Of a stretch of DNA of 32,000 nucleotides, positions 18,280-27,419 are shown piece after piece. The notes under the pieces are model-generated. The model was given only the letters and a program-made list of their open reading frames with translations, was not told the origin of the DNA and did not search any database. The stretch comes from Clostridiales bacterium (lineage in GTDB: Bacteria > Bacillota > Clostridia > Christensenellales > Aristaeellaceae): positions 28,349-60,348 of the forward strand of contig SFIM01000009.1 of assembly GCA_004556155.1 (NCBI GenBank), written 5' to 3'. Both the position numbers and the translations under genes were made by a program. Every line of letters begins with the position of its first letter. Within the stretch, counting starts at the first letter, position 1.

Positions 18280-19584
18280 TTATTCGTACCTGCGGTTGTC
18301 AATCACGCGCTTGGCCTTGCCCTCGCTGCGCGCAAGCGAGCCCGCCGGGCACAGCTTGACCGTGGCGTGCACCAGGCAGGAGGCGGACAATTGCGCGGCC
18401 ACATAGGCGGACAGCGCTTCCACGTCGCGCACGGTGTCGCTCATGCGGGCAGGATCCAATTCGACCATTACCGTCAGCGTGTCCAGCGCGCCGCGGCGAT
18501 CCACAATGATCTGATAATTGGCGGTAATGCCCTCGATCTGCAGCAGCGTCTGCTCGATCTGCGAGGGGAACACATTGACCCCACGGATGATGAGCATATC
18601 GTCGTTGCGGCCCGTGATGCGGCGCAGGCGCGCATGCGTACATCCGCACGGGCAGGGCGCATGGGTCAGGCAGGTGATATCGTGCGTGCGATACCGCAGC
18701 AGCGGCATGCCGCGCTTGACCAGTGTGGTAATCACCAATTCTCCGGCTTCTCCCTCCGGCGCGGCCTGCTGCTTTTCATCCAGAATCTCCGGCAGGAAGG
18801 CATCCTCCCAGATGTGCAGGCCCTGCTTGGCCTCGCACTCCATGGCCACGCCAGGGCCCATCATTTCGGTCAGGCCGTAAATATCATGCGCCTGGATATG
18901 CAGCATCTTTTCAATGCGCGTGCGCATGCTTTCGCTCCACGGCTCCGCGCCGAAAACGCCTGTTTTCAGCTGCATTCGGCTGATATCTACGCCCTTTTCC
19001 TGCATGGCTTCGGCCAGGTTGATCGCATAGGAGGGCGTACAGCACAGAGCCGTCGCGCCAAAATCCTCCATCAGCGTCAGCTGGCGCTGGGTGTTGCCGC
19101 CGCTGGCAGGCACCACCGCCGCGCCCAGACGCTCCGCGCCGTAGTGCACGCCCATGCCGCCGGTAAACAGGCCGTAGCCATAGGCAATGTGCACCACCGA
19201 CGTATCGTCAATGCCCGCCAACGCCAGCGAACGCGCGGTCAGCTCCGTCCAGTTATCCAGATCCTCGCGCGTATAAGCCGCCACCGTGGGCTTGCCCGTG
19301 GTGCCGGAGGAGGCGTGCATGCGCACGATCTCACGGCGCGAAACGGCCAGCAAGCCGAAGGGATAATGATCGCGCAGATCGCTTTTTTCGGTAAAGGGCA
19401 GCAGGTCGATATCCTCCGCCGTGCGGATATCCTGCGGTTTTACACCGCGCTCATCCATCTTGCGGCGATAGAAAGGCACGTTGTCATACACATGCCGCAC
19501 CAGCGCGCGCAGGCGCTGGCTTTGAAGCTGATGGATTTCATCCCGCGACAGCCGCTGGGCGGCCAGAATTTGCTGATCGATCAT
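18280..19584 (-). CDS. paaK: phenylacetate--CoA ligase family protein (aryl-acetate CoA ligase)
   Basis: N-terminus ...VYDNVPFYRRKMDERGVKPQDI...LPFTEKSDLRDHYPFGL and AMP-binding loop SSGTTGKPT. 434 aa, typical of PaaK-type ligases. Confidence 0.85.
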   Translation of the reverse strand: MIDQQILAAQRLSRDEIHQLQSQRLRALVRHVYDNVPFYRRKMDERGVKPQDIRTAEDIDLLPFTEKSDLRDHYPFGLLAVSRREIVRMHASSGTTGKPTVAAYTREDLDNWTELTARSLALAGIDDTSVVHIAYGYGLFTGGMGVHYGAERLGAAVVPASGGNTQRQLTLMEDFGATALCCTPSYAINLAEAMQEKGVDISRMQLKTGVFGAEPWSESMRTRIEKMLHIQAHDIYGLTEMMGPGVAMECEAKQGLHIWEDAFLPEILDEKQQAAPEGEAGELVITTLVKRGMPLLRYRTHDITCLTHAPCPCGCTHARLRRITGRNDDMLIIRGVNVFPSQIEQTLLQIEGITANYQIIVDRRGALDTLTVMVELDPARMSDTVRDVEALSAYVAAQLSASCLVHATVKLCPAGSLARSEGKAKRVIDNRRYE

Positions 19585-19592
19585 TTCTGAAT

Positions 19593-20177
19593 TTACGCTT
19601 TCTCGTTTTTTGCGATATTCTGATACGCCGCGCGCCCGGCCCGGAACGCCGCCAGATTAACCGCCAGTGTGGCGGGCTTTACGCAGGCGGCGACGGCCTC
19701 CTCATATGCCTCGGCTGGCCAGGGAAGCAGCTGGGACAATACGCCCAGCAGCACAATATTGACCGCGCGCACGCTGCCGCAGCGCTCGGCCAGCTCCTGC
19801 GCGTCCAGCGCGTAGAGCGGATGCCCGTCGATTGTCTGCTCGGGATAGGCCGCCTTGCCCATAATCACAGGCATGGGCAGCATGCGATGGGTATTGGCAA
19901 TCATCGCGCCGCCCTGCCGCAGATAAAACTCCGAGCGCAGCGCCTCCAGCCATTCAAAGGCGATCACCATATCAGCCTCGCCCGGCGTAACCAGCGGGGA
20001 AGCCACGTTTTCGCCAATACGCACATGGGTGATCACGCTGCCGCCGCGCTGGCTCATGCCGTGCACCTCGCTGACCTTCACATCGTCGCCCATTTTCAGC
20101 GCCAGATAGCCCAGGATTTTGCTGGTCAGCAGGATGCCCTGTCCGCCCACGCCTACGATGATAATATTGGCTTTCAT
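19593..20177 (-). CDS. iorB: indolepyruvate ferredoxin oxidoreductase subunit beta
   Basis: MKANIIIVGVGGQGILLTSK start of a gamma-type 2-oxoacid:ferredoxin oxidoreductase domain. The ATG at 20177 overlaps the iorA stop (ATGA). The track start at 20333 lies inside iorA. Confidence 0.85.
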   Translation of the reverse strand: MKANIIIVGVGGQGILLTSKILGYLALKMGDDVKVSEVHGMSQRGGSVITHVRIGENVASPLVTPGEADMVIAFEWLEALRSEFYLRQGGAMIANTHRMLPMPVIMGKAAYPEQTIDGHPLYALDAQELAERCGSVRAVNIVLLGVLSQLLPWPAEAYEEAVAACVKPATLAVNLAAFRAGRAAYQNIAKNEKA

Positions 20178-21895
20178 TGCTTTTCGCCTCCGCCCGTAAT
20201 GCACCCAAAGGCGCACATCTGCTTGCACAGCCCACAGCCGTTGCACAGCGCGGCGTTTACGCGCACAGCGCCGTCCGCGCCGCGCTCCAGGGCAGGGCAG
20301 CCCAGGCGCAGGCAGGCGCCGCAGCGATGGCAATCCGCAATCGTGCAGGGCTGCTTGGGCCGCTTATCCAGCAGCGCGCAGGGATAGCGCGCAATGATCA
20401 CCGATACGCCGTCACGCTGCGTTTCCTCGCGCAGAGCCTGCTCCATGTCCTTCATCTGCATGGGGTTAACCACGCGCACATGCGCCCCCACTGCCTCGCA
20501 TACCGCCTCCAGATTGAGCTGCGGTGCCGGGTTGCCATGGATATCAAAGCCGGTTGCGGGGTTTTGCTGATGGCCGGTCATGCCGGTGATGCGGTTATCC
20601 AGGATGATTACATTGATATTGGAGCGGTCATACACCGCGTTGATCAGCCCCGTAATGCCGCTGTGGATAAAGGTGCTGTCGCCCAGCACCGCCACGCTGC
20701 GGCGGGAAAAATCGCGGCCATGCGCCTTTTCCGCGCCAATGGCCATGCCGATGGACGCGCCCATGCACAGCGTCGCATCCATGCTTTCAATGGGCGGCAG
20801 GGCGCACAGGGTGTAGCAGCCGATATCGCCAAACACCGTCAGCCCCAGCTTTTTGATGGCAAAGAAAGTTGCTCTGTGCGGGCAGCCCGGGCACAGCACC
20901 GGCGGGCGCGCGGGCAGCGCGGGCTCCTGCGGCGCTTTATCCGCGCCGAAGGCCTCGCGGATGCGCTGCACGCTCAGTTCTCCCTGACGTCCCGTGTAGC
21001 ATTTGCCCGTTACGGCAATGCCCATGGCGGCGATCTCCTGCTCAAAGATGCCCTCCAGCTCCTCGATCACCACCAGCTTGTCCACCCTGGCGGCAAAATC
21101 ACGCACGGCGGCGCGATCCATGGGATAGCTCAATCCCAGCTTCAGAATGCTGGCTTCTGGCAGCGCCTCGCGTACATATTGATACACCACACCCGCGCAC
21201 ACCACGCCCAGCGCCGTGCCGCGCATTTCCACGCGGTTGAGGCCCAGGCTTGCGGCCTCGTCCTCCATGCGCTGCTCTCGCGCTTCCACCACCAGATGAC
21301 GCTTGCGGGCCATGCCGGGCATCATCACATATTTCATAAAGTCTTTTTTGTATTCGCGCACAGGCAGCTCTGCGCGTTCGCCCATTTCCACCGGGGAGCG
21401 CTGATGCGCCAGGCGCGTGGTCAGGCGCAGAAAAACGGGCGTATCGTAGCGCTCGCTCAGTTCAAAAGCGCGCTGAATATAATCATGGCATTCCTGGCTG
21501 TCGGCAGGCTCCAGCATGGGGATGTGCGCCGCGCGGGCGATCATGCGGCTGTCCTGTTCATTCTGGCTGGAATGCATATAGGGATCGTCCGCCGCCACGA
21601 TCACCATCCCCGCGTTCACGCCCGTATAGGCCGCGGTATACAGGGGATCGGCCGCCACATTGACGCCCACATGCTTCATGCAGCTCATGGCGCGCGCGCC
21701 CGTCATGGCCGCGCCGAAGGCCGTTTCCACAGCCACCTTTTCGTTGGGGGCCCATTCGCAGTCGATTTCGGGATAAGCAGCGCAGAACTCCGTAATCTCC
21801 GTGCTTGGCGTGCCCGGATAGCTGGATACCACCCGCACGCCGGCCTCATACGCGCCGCGTGCAACGGCCTCGTTGCCCAGCATCAGCTTTTTCAT
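20174..21895 (-). CDS. iorA: indolepyruvate ferredoxin oxidoreductase subunit alpha
   Basis: TPP-binding GDIGCYT...GDSTFIHSG and C-terminal 2x[4Fe-4S] motifs (CHRCGACLRLGCP, CNGCGLCKQMC). The start is the ATG at 21895 after GGAGAGGAG. Confidence 0.9.
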   Translation of the reverse strand: MKKLMLGNEAVARGAYEAGVRVVSSYPGTPSTEITEFCAAYPEIDCEWAPNEKVAVETAFGAAMTGARAMSCMKHVGVNVAADPLYTAAYTGVNAGMVIVAADDPYMHSSQNEQDSRMIARAAHIPMLEPADSQECHDYIQRAFELSERYDTPVFLRLTTRLAHQRSPVEMGERAELPVREYKKDFMKYVMMPGMARKRHLVVEAREQRMEDEAASLGLNRVEMRGTALGVVCAGVVYQYVREALPEASILKLGLSYPMDRAAVRDFAARVDKLVVIEELEGIFEQEIAAMGIAVTGKCYTGRQGELSVQRIREAFGADKAPQEPALPARPPVLCPGCPHRATFFAIKKLGLTVFGDIGCYTLCALPPIESMDATLCMGASIGMAIGAEKAHGRDFSRRSVAVLGDSTFIHSGITGLINAVYDRSNINVIILDNRITGMTGHQQNPATGFDIHGNPAPQLNLEAVCEAVGAHVRVVNPMQMKDMEQALREETQRDGVSVIIARYPCALLDKRPKQPCTIADCHRCGACLRLGCPALERGADGAVRVNAALCNGCGLCKQMCAFGCITGGGEKQ

Positions 21896-22011
21896 CGGTA
21901 ACAGCTCCTCTCCGATCCACAGGATATAATTGATAGTATAGCAGAGGCGATGCTGAAAAGAAAGCACTATTTTTGTTCATTATTTTTCCGTTTTTTTCTT
22001 TATTTTTTCTA

Positions 22012-22039
22012 TGCAATCAAGGCCAAAATATGATATACT
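22012..22039 (+). promoter_or_regulatory. extended -10 promoter for pgi
   Basis: TGATATACT (TGnTATACT, 22031-22039) with a weak -35 TGCAAT 16 nt upstream and a long T-rich tract further upstream. Confidence 0.45.
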
Positions 22040-22076
22040 GTGCGCGTATGATCCGACGAACAGGAGGAATTTACAA

Positions 22077-23504
22077 ATGGAAGATTGCAAAATGTGCATG
22101 GTACCCCAGATTCAGCTGGATGTAAACCATATGATGTCCGCCACCCTGGGCGAGCGCGGCATCAGCGAGCAGGAAGTCGCTGCCCTGCGCGACGCGGCCG
22201 AAAAGGCCTATGAAAACGTCCGCGCGCATCGCGGCCAGGGCTGGCTGGGCTGGACCGAGCTTCCCTATAATCAGGAAGCCGTGATTGCCGATATCGAAAA
22301 GACCGCCGCCGAGGTGCGCAAGCAGTTTGACACCTTTGTGGTGCTGGGCATTGGCGGCAGCGCGCTGGGCCCCATCGCCGTGCAGCAGGCACTAAACCAC
22401 CTGCACTATAACGAGCTGCCCGCCGAAAAGCGCGGCGGCCCCCGCTTCTATGTAGAGGACAACATCGACCCCGAGCGCATGGCCGCGCTGTTTGACGTAA
22501 TCGACGTAAAGACCACCTGCTTCAACGTCATCACCAAGTCCGGCGGCACCGCCGAAACCATGAGCCAGTACCTGATCTTCACCGACGCGCTGAAAAAGGC
22601 CGTGGGAGACGACTGGGCCAAGCATATCATCACCACCACCGGCGCGGATCGCGGCAACCTGATCAAGCTGACCCGCGAAAACGGCTTTAAGCACTTCATC
22701 GTGCCAGACGGCGTGGGCGGCCGCTACAGCGAAATGTGCCCCGTAGGCCTGTTCCCCGCGGCGGTATGCGGCATCGATATCCGCGCCATGCTCAAGGGCG
22801 CGGCGTGCATGGATAAGCGCTGCCAGAGCGGCGACGTGTGGCAGAACCCCGCCTTGATGGAGGCCGTGCTGCAATACATCGCCACCGAGCGCGGCATGAA
22901 CGTGCAGGCCGTCATGCCCTATGCCGACAGCCTGAAATACATGGCCGACTGGTTCTGCCAGCTGTGGGCCGAAAGCCTGGGCAAGAACGTGACCCGCGAC
23001 GGCAAGCCCTGCAACGTGGGTCAGACCCCCACCAAGGCGCTGGGCGTAACCGATCAGCACAGCCAGCTGCAGCTCTACACCGAGGGCCCCTATGATAAGG
23101 TGATCACCCTGATCAAGGTGGGCGCTTTCCGCAGCACGGTGGAAATCCCCCATGGCTGCGAGGAGTTCCACGATGTGGCCTTCCTGGGCGGCAAGACGCT
23201 CAACCAGCTCATCGAGGCCGAGCGCCAGGGCACCGAGTACGCGCTGCTCAAGGCCGGCCGCATGAGCCAGACCATCACCCTGCCCTGCGTCAACGCGGGC
23301 ACCATCGGCCAGCTGATGTACTTCTTCGAGCTGACCACCGCCTACGAGGGCGAGCTGCTCAACATCGACGCCTTCAACCAGCCGGGCGTGGAGGAAAGCA
23401 AGGTCGCCTCCTACGCGGTGCTGGGCAACGAGGCCGAAAAGTACCGCGCCAAGCAGGAAGAAATGGCCAAGCGTCCCGCGCTGAGCGACAAATACATCTT
23501 CTGA
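22077..23504 (+). CDS. pgi: glucose-6-phosphate isomerase
   Basis: SIS motif VVLGIGGSALGP, plus GGRYSE and DQHSQLQLYTEGP. AGGAGG sits 8 nt before the ATG at 22077, so the track start at 22011 is unlikely. Confidence 0.9.
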   Translation: MEDCKMCMVPQIQLDVNHMMSATLGERGISEQEVAALRDAAEKAYENVRAHRGQGWLGWTELPYNQEAVIADIEKTAAEVRKQFDTFVVLGIGGSALGPIAVQQALNHLHYNELPAEKRGGPRFYVEDNIDPERMAALFDVIDVKTTCFNVITKSGGTAETMSQYLIFTDALKKAVGDDWAKHIITTTGADRGNLIKLTRENGFKHFIVPDGVGGRYSEMCPVGLFPAAVCGIDIRAMLKGAACMDKRCQSGDVWQNPALMEAVLQYIATERGMNVQAVMPYADSLKYMADWFCQLWAESLGKNVTRDGKPCNVGQTPTKALGVTDQHSQLQLYTEGPYDKVITLIKVGAFRSTVEIPHGCEEFHDVAFLGGKTLNQLIEAERQGTEYALLKAGRMSQTITLPCVNAGTIGQLMYFFELTTAYEGELLNIDAFNQPGVEESKVASYAVLGNEAEKYRAKQEEMAKRPALSDKYIF

Positions 23505-23518
23505 TTTTCCAGCAAGCG

Positions 23519-23562
23519 CAGCGTCCGGAGCCTTCGCCCCGGGCGCTGTTTGTTCTATTTTT
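23519..23562 (+). terminator. rho-independent terminator after pgi
   Basis: A 10-bp stem, CAGCGTCCGG (23519-23528) with CCGGGCGCTG (23539-23548) including one G-U pair, followed by TTTGTTCTATTTTT. Confidence 0.7.
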
Positions 23563-23576
23563 CACGGAGGATTGCA

Positions 23577-23969
23577 ATGGAACCCATCTGGGATGAGCTG
23601 TACCGCGCTGCCCTCGCCGCGCTCAAGCCCCGGCAGGTATCGCGCTTCATCGAGGCCGGCGGCGTGGCGGCGGCCATCGAATCGGCCAGCGGCAAAATCT
23701 ACACCGGCGTATGCGTGGACTCCGCCTGCACGCTGGGCGTCTGCGCCGAGCGAAACGCCATTTTTCACATGATTACCGAGGGTGAGAACGCCATCCGCCG
23801 TGTGATCGCCGTCGGCCAGGATGGCAATGCCATCCCCCCCTGCGGCGCGTGCCGGGAGCTGATGTCCCAGCTGATGCCGGAGGATTACAAGGGTGTGGAG
23901 GTCATGCTGGACTATGAAAACAACAGGATCGTAACGCTGGGCCAGCTTACGCCCGAATGGTGGATCTGA
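23577..23969 (+). CDS. cytidine deaminase-fold protein (Cdd / blasticidin-S deaminase-like, 130 aa)
   Basis: Zinc ligand motifs CAERNA and PCGACRE, with ...GKIYTGVCV... upstream. GGAGG RBS precedes the ATG at 23577. Confidence 0.75.
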   Translation: MEPIWDELYRAALAALKPRQVSRFIEAGGVAAAIESASGKIYTGVCVDSACTLGVCAERNAIFHMITEGENAIRRVIAVGQDGNAIPPCGACRELMSQLMPEDYKGVEVMLDYENNRIVTLGQLTPEWWI

Positions 23970-24086
23970 GCTGGCTGCGAGGGCAGTTCCATGATCCTGA
24001 TTATGCCCAGAAAAAGGAAGCTTCTCTATCGTTTCGCGATGTGTTTTGATTGTGCAAATCGGAATTTTTGAGGAGATAGATATAAA

Positions 24087-24602
24087 ATGACCTTCCAATT
24101 AGTTTGTATAGAACCAAAAGAATTAACGCAATACAAGGCGGATATGCAGGAAGCATTTCAGAAAGGTTTTGAAGACGCTTTTGGGAAAACAGATGCTGTT
24201 ATTCTGCCTGAAAAGGACATTGACCAGTCGCTGAATGCGGAGGGTTCTGCTGTCTATAAAGCCGTTGTCGATGGAGAAATGGTGGGCGGTGCTGTTGTTA
24301 TTATCAATGAGAGTACACAGCATAACCATCTTGACCTGCTTTTTGTAAAGAACGGAGTTCAGAGCAATGGTATCGGTAAGAAGATATGGTTTGAATTGGA
24401 ACGAATATATCCGAACACGAAAGTATGGGAAACCTGTACGCCGTACTTTGATAAGCGCAACATTCATTTTTATGTGAATGTCTGCGGCTTTCATATTACA
24501 GAATTTTTTAATGAAAAACATCCTATGCCGGATACACCGGACGATTTTGTCGGTGATGGCAATGAGGGAATGTTTGCGTTTAAGAAGCAAATGCGTTTAT
24601 GA
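24087..24602 (+). CDS. GNAT family N-acetyltransferase
   Basis: Acetyl-CoA motif VQSNGIGKK (Q/RxxGxG/A) after a beta-strand LDLLFV. The gene uses markedly AT-rich codons compared with its neighbours. Confidence 0.7.
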   Translation: MTFQLVCIEPKELTQYKADMQEAFQKGFEDAFGKTDAVILPEKDIDQSLNAEGSAVYKAVVDGEMVGGAVVIINESTQHNHLDLLFVKNGVQSNGIGKKIWFELERIYPNTKVWETCTPYFDKRNIHFYVNVCGFHITEFFNEKHPMPDTPDDFVGDGNEGMFAFKKQMRL

Positions 24603-24644
24603 AATTCCAGTTTATCGTGCTATCTTCCCACCGCAATCAAAGCG

Positions 24645-24681
24645 CCCTCCGTATGCAGCAGGTCATACGGAGGGGCTTTTT
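24645..24681. terminator. hairpin terminator between convergent GNAT and spoIVA
   Basis: An 11-bp stem, CCCTCCGTATG (24645-24655) with CATACGGAGGG (24664-24674), followed by GCTTTTT. Confidence 0.75.
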
Positions 24682-24691
24682 CCCATATCTG

Positions 24692-26191
24692 TTACAGCAG
24701 AATGCAGATCATCCCGCCGTCGCCCTCGTTCAGGATCCTGGTCAGCGCGGCGCGCACCTTTTCCTGCGCGTCGGGCGGCATGCGTTGCAGCTTACCCGCC
24801 AGGCCCTCACTGATCAGGCTTTCCAGGCTGCGGCCAAAGAAATTGGTTTGCAGCAGCGCCTGGGGATCCTGCTCGTAGGTATCGCGCAGGCTGGCGGCAA
24901 ACTCATCCGTCTGCTCCTGGGTGCCCAGCACGGGCGATACCTCGGCCTCGATATCCGAGCGGATCAGATGCAGCGCCGGAGCCTTGGCGCGCAGGCGGAC
25001 GCCGTAGCGCCCCGCCTGGCGGCTGACCTCGGGCTCGTAGAGCGTCACATCGCTCATCGCCGGCGCAACCAGCCCATAGCCGGTATCCACCGCCTCGCGC
25101 AGCGCGTCGGCCACACGGTCGTATTCCTTCTTGGCGCTGACCAGCTCCTTGAGCAGGCGCAGCAGATGCCCATCGCTTTCGATCTCCGCCCCGCACTGCT
25201 CGCTGAGAATTTGATTGAATAACCCGTTTTTCAGCGGCAGACTGAAGCGCGCGCTGCCCTCGCCGTATTCCAACTGATCCAGCTGCGGCGTATCGGCATA
25301 CTCGGAAGCCGCAAACGCGCTCTGCGCCTTTTCCGCATCGCGCATGCGGGCAATCTGCGCGCCCGCCTCGCGCACAAGGCTTACAATATGCTGCGTCAGC
25401 CAGTGCTGATCGTCCAGCGCCGATACCCACTCGGGCAGGGTAAAGCGCATCTCACGCAGCGGGAAGGCTGACAGCAGATCGCGCATCACACCCTGCACAT
25501 CCTCGGCCGTCATCTCCTTGGCGGACAGCAGCGTCACAGGCGCATCGTATTTTTCGCTCATGGCGGCCTGCAATTCCTTTGCCTGCCTGGATTCGGGCTG
25601 GGCAGAATTGAGCACCACGGCAAAGGGCTTACCCAGGGTTTTCAGCTCCCGGATCACCTGCTCCTCGGCGGGCACATACGCCTCGCGCGGCAGCTCCGCC
25701 ACCGTGCCGTCAGTGGTCACCACCACGCCCACGGTGGCGTGATCGGTCATCACCTTGCGCGTGCCCAGCTGCGCGGCCTCCTCAAAGGGCATATCCTGCT
25801 GCGACCAGGGGGTAGACACCATGCGCGCGTCGCCGCCCTCCTGCGTGCCCAGCGCCCCGCGCACCAGATACCCCACCGAATCCACCATGCGCACCCTGGC
25901 GGAGGCATGGTCGGGCAGCTGCACGGTGGCCGCGCCGTCGGAGGGCACAAATTTGGGCTGGGTGGTCATGATGGTCTTGCCCGAGCCGCTCTGGGGCAGC
26001 TCATCCACAATACGCTCCCGCCTGGGGCCGGGCGGCACCAGCGGCAGCACCAGCTGCTGCATAAAATTGCTGATAAACGTGCTTTTCCCCGCGCGCACGG
26101 GGCCAACCACGCCGATATAGAGTTCGCCCTGCGTGCGCTCGGCAATATCGCGGTAAAGGGGCGATGCGCCCCGCGTCGCCGTCTGTGCCAT
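24692..26191 (-). CDS. spoIVA: stage IV sporulation protein A (spore coat morphogenetic ATPase)
   Basis: N-terminus YRDIAERTQGELYIGVVGPVRAGKSTFI (Walker A), as I recall for B. subtilis SpoIVA. 499 aa, with AAAGGGAGG RBS. Confidence 0.9.
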   Translation of the reverse strand: MAQTATRGASPLYRDIAERTQGELYIGVVGPVRAGKSTFISNFMQQLVLPLVPPGPRRERIVDELPQSGSGKTIMTTQPKFVPSDGAATVQLPDHASARVRMVDSVGYLVRGALGTQEGGDARMVSTPWSQQDMPFEEAAQLGTRKVMTDHATVGVVVTTDGTVAELPREAYVPAEEQVIRELKTLGKPFAVVLNSAQPESRQAKELQAAMSEKYDAPVTLLSAKEMTAEDVQGVMRDLLSAFPLREMRFTLPEWVSALDDQHWLTQHIVSLVREAGAQIARMRDAEKAQSAFAASEYADTPQLDQLEYGEGSARFSLPLKNGLFNQILSEQCGAEIESDGHLLRLLKELVSAKKEYDRVADALREAVDTGYGLVAPAMSDVTLYEPEVSRQAGRYGVRLRAKAPALHLIRSDIEAEVSPVLGTQEQTDEFAASLRDTYEQDPQALLQTNFFGRSLESLISEGLAGKLQRMPPDAQEKVRAALTRILNEGDGGMICILL

Positions 26192-26253
26192 GTTTCATCC
26201 TCCCTTTATCTCATCGCTATGGCAGGATATGCGCAAGCCCGCGCCCGCATGCC

Positions 26254-26283
26254 AAATAAATAGGCTCCCGAAGGAGCCTTTTG
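26254..26283 (-). terminator. terminator after the sigma/anti-sigma operon
   Basis: AGGCTCC (26262-26268), CGAA loop, GGAGCCT (26273-26279). On the minus strand it is followed by ATTTATTT. Confidence 0.55.
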
Positions 26284-26294
26284 AATGTCGTTAT

Positions 26295-27419
26295 TTACTT
26301 TTTCAGCGTCAGCTGGATGGGCTGCTGCCCACCGGCAAAGCTCATCCCAATGCGCTCGGGGATTTTTTCCGTGCCGATCATCTGCTTTACCTCCACCTGG
26401 GGCCACTGATCCAGATTGCTGATGCCGCCGCTCAGGTTCATGCCTGTCGGGTACTCGCTGCCGTCAGGCTGTACAAACCGCACTTCACGCAGCCGCTCAT
26501 AGGCTTTCTCCTCCGTCGCGCCCGCCTGGGCGGCAAACACGGCGATCAGATGCACGCCGCTGGGCGTTAATTGCGCCTGCACGCTTTCCAGCGTAAAATT
26601 GCCCTGCGTCTGTGCCTCGGCAGGAACGGCATATTCCCGCGCGTCAAGCGTCGGCTGCACGGCGATGCTGAGCGGCTCATACGCCTTCCACTCGTTCATC
26701 GGATGCTCCGGATCGTCCAGATTCTCCCTTTCAACCCGCAGCCAAACCTGGCAGACAAGCTGTGCCGCGTCCGCCGTACCGTTCAGCGGCTGCAGCGAAA
26801 AGTAAGACAGGCTGCCGTCTTCATTAAACAGCGGATCGGCAAACGCCTCGCTGCCGCAAAGCGCCTCGGGCACCTCCAGCATCGCCGTCACGCTGTATAG
26901 CGGCACATTCAGCTGCCTGGCGGCCTCCGCCCAGGTCATGCCGGGATCCACCCCCAGCCGCGCAGCGACCGCAGCGCTGTTGTCGCCGTATGCGCTGATG
27001 GGGTCAAAGGGCGCATCCGCCGTGATGATGCCCGTTACACCCTCGGCCAGATGGGCCTCGGTGGTAATCATGGCAAGATGCGCATCGCTGTAGCGCTCGC
27101 GCACGGTAAATACGACATCGCCCAGCCGGAAGCTTTCCGGCTGGCTTGCAGCCATGATCTCCTGCGCCGTCTGAGGCACGGCGACATTATGGTAGAGCTT
27201 AAAGAAGTCGTTCCAGCCCAGGATGCTGCCTGCGGCGACCGCCGCCGCCATAGCCGCCAGGATGATGCAGGCGGCAACAACCGCCGTTCTGAATGCTGTG
27301 CGTTTCACAGTTTTTTCCTCCTTCACGGAGCGCGCGGCCTTCATCAGCGCGTTATAGCAGCCGTCCGGCATGGGCTCAAAGGCGTTTCGCAATTTCAAGG
27401 GATCCATTTCGCGCTTCAT
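26295..27419 (-). CDS. putative anti-sigma factor (single-pass membrane protein with large extracytoplasmic domain)
   Basis: About 45 aa cytoplasmic segment, TM helix TAVVAACIILAAMAAAVAAG, then about 300 aa outside the membrane. Its ATG overlaps the ECF sigma stop (ATGA at 27416-27419). The function is inferred from position only. Confidence 0.55.
   Translation of the reverse strand: MKREMDPLKLRNAFEPMPDGCYNALMKAARSVKEEKTVKRTAFRTAVVAACIILAAMAAAVAAGSILGWNDFFKLYHNVAVPQTAQEIMAASQPESFRLGDVVFTVRERYSDAHLAMITTEAHLAEGVTGIITADAPFDPISAYGDNSAAVAARLGVDPGMTWAEAARQLNVPLYSVTAMLEVPEALCGSEAFADPLFNEDGSLSYFSLQPLNGTADAAQLVCQVWLRVERENLDDPEHPMNEWKAYEPLSIAVQPTLDAREYAVPAEAQTQGNFTLESVQAQLTPSGVHLIAVFAAQAGATEEKAYERLREVRFVQPDGSEYPTGMNLSGGISNLDQWPQVEVKQMIGTEKIPERIGMSFAGGQQPIQLTLKK

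Noticed and set aside
23970-24691. Insertion scars (direct repeats) flanking the AT-rich GNAT gene.
   Set aside because: Only trivial 5-6 nt matches are shared between the flanks, with no inverted repeats or mobility genes. Acquisition remains a compositional inference only.
26192-26260. Sigma-E type promoter for spoIVA.
   Set aside because: I looked for a kmATATT-N14-CATACAnT-like arrangement on the minus strand. GCATATC and CATAGCGAT are present but at the wrong spacing, so no call is made.
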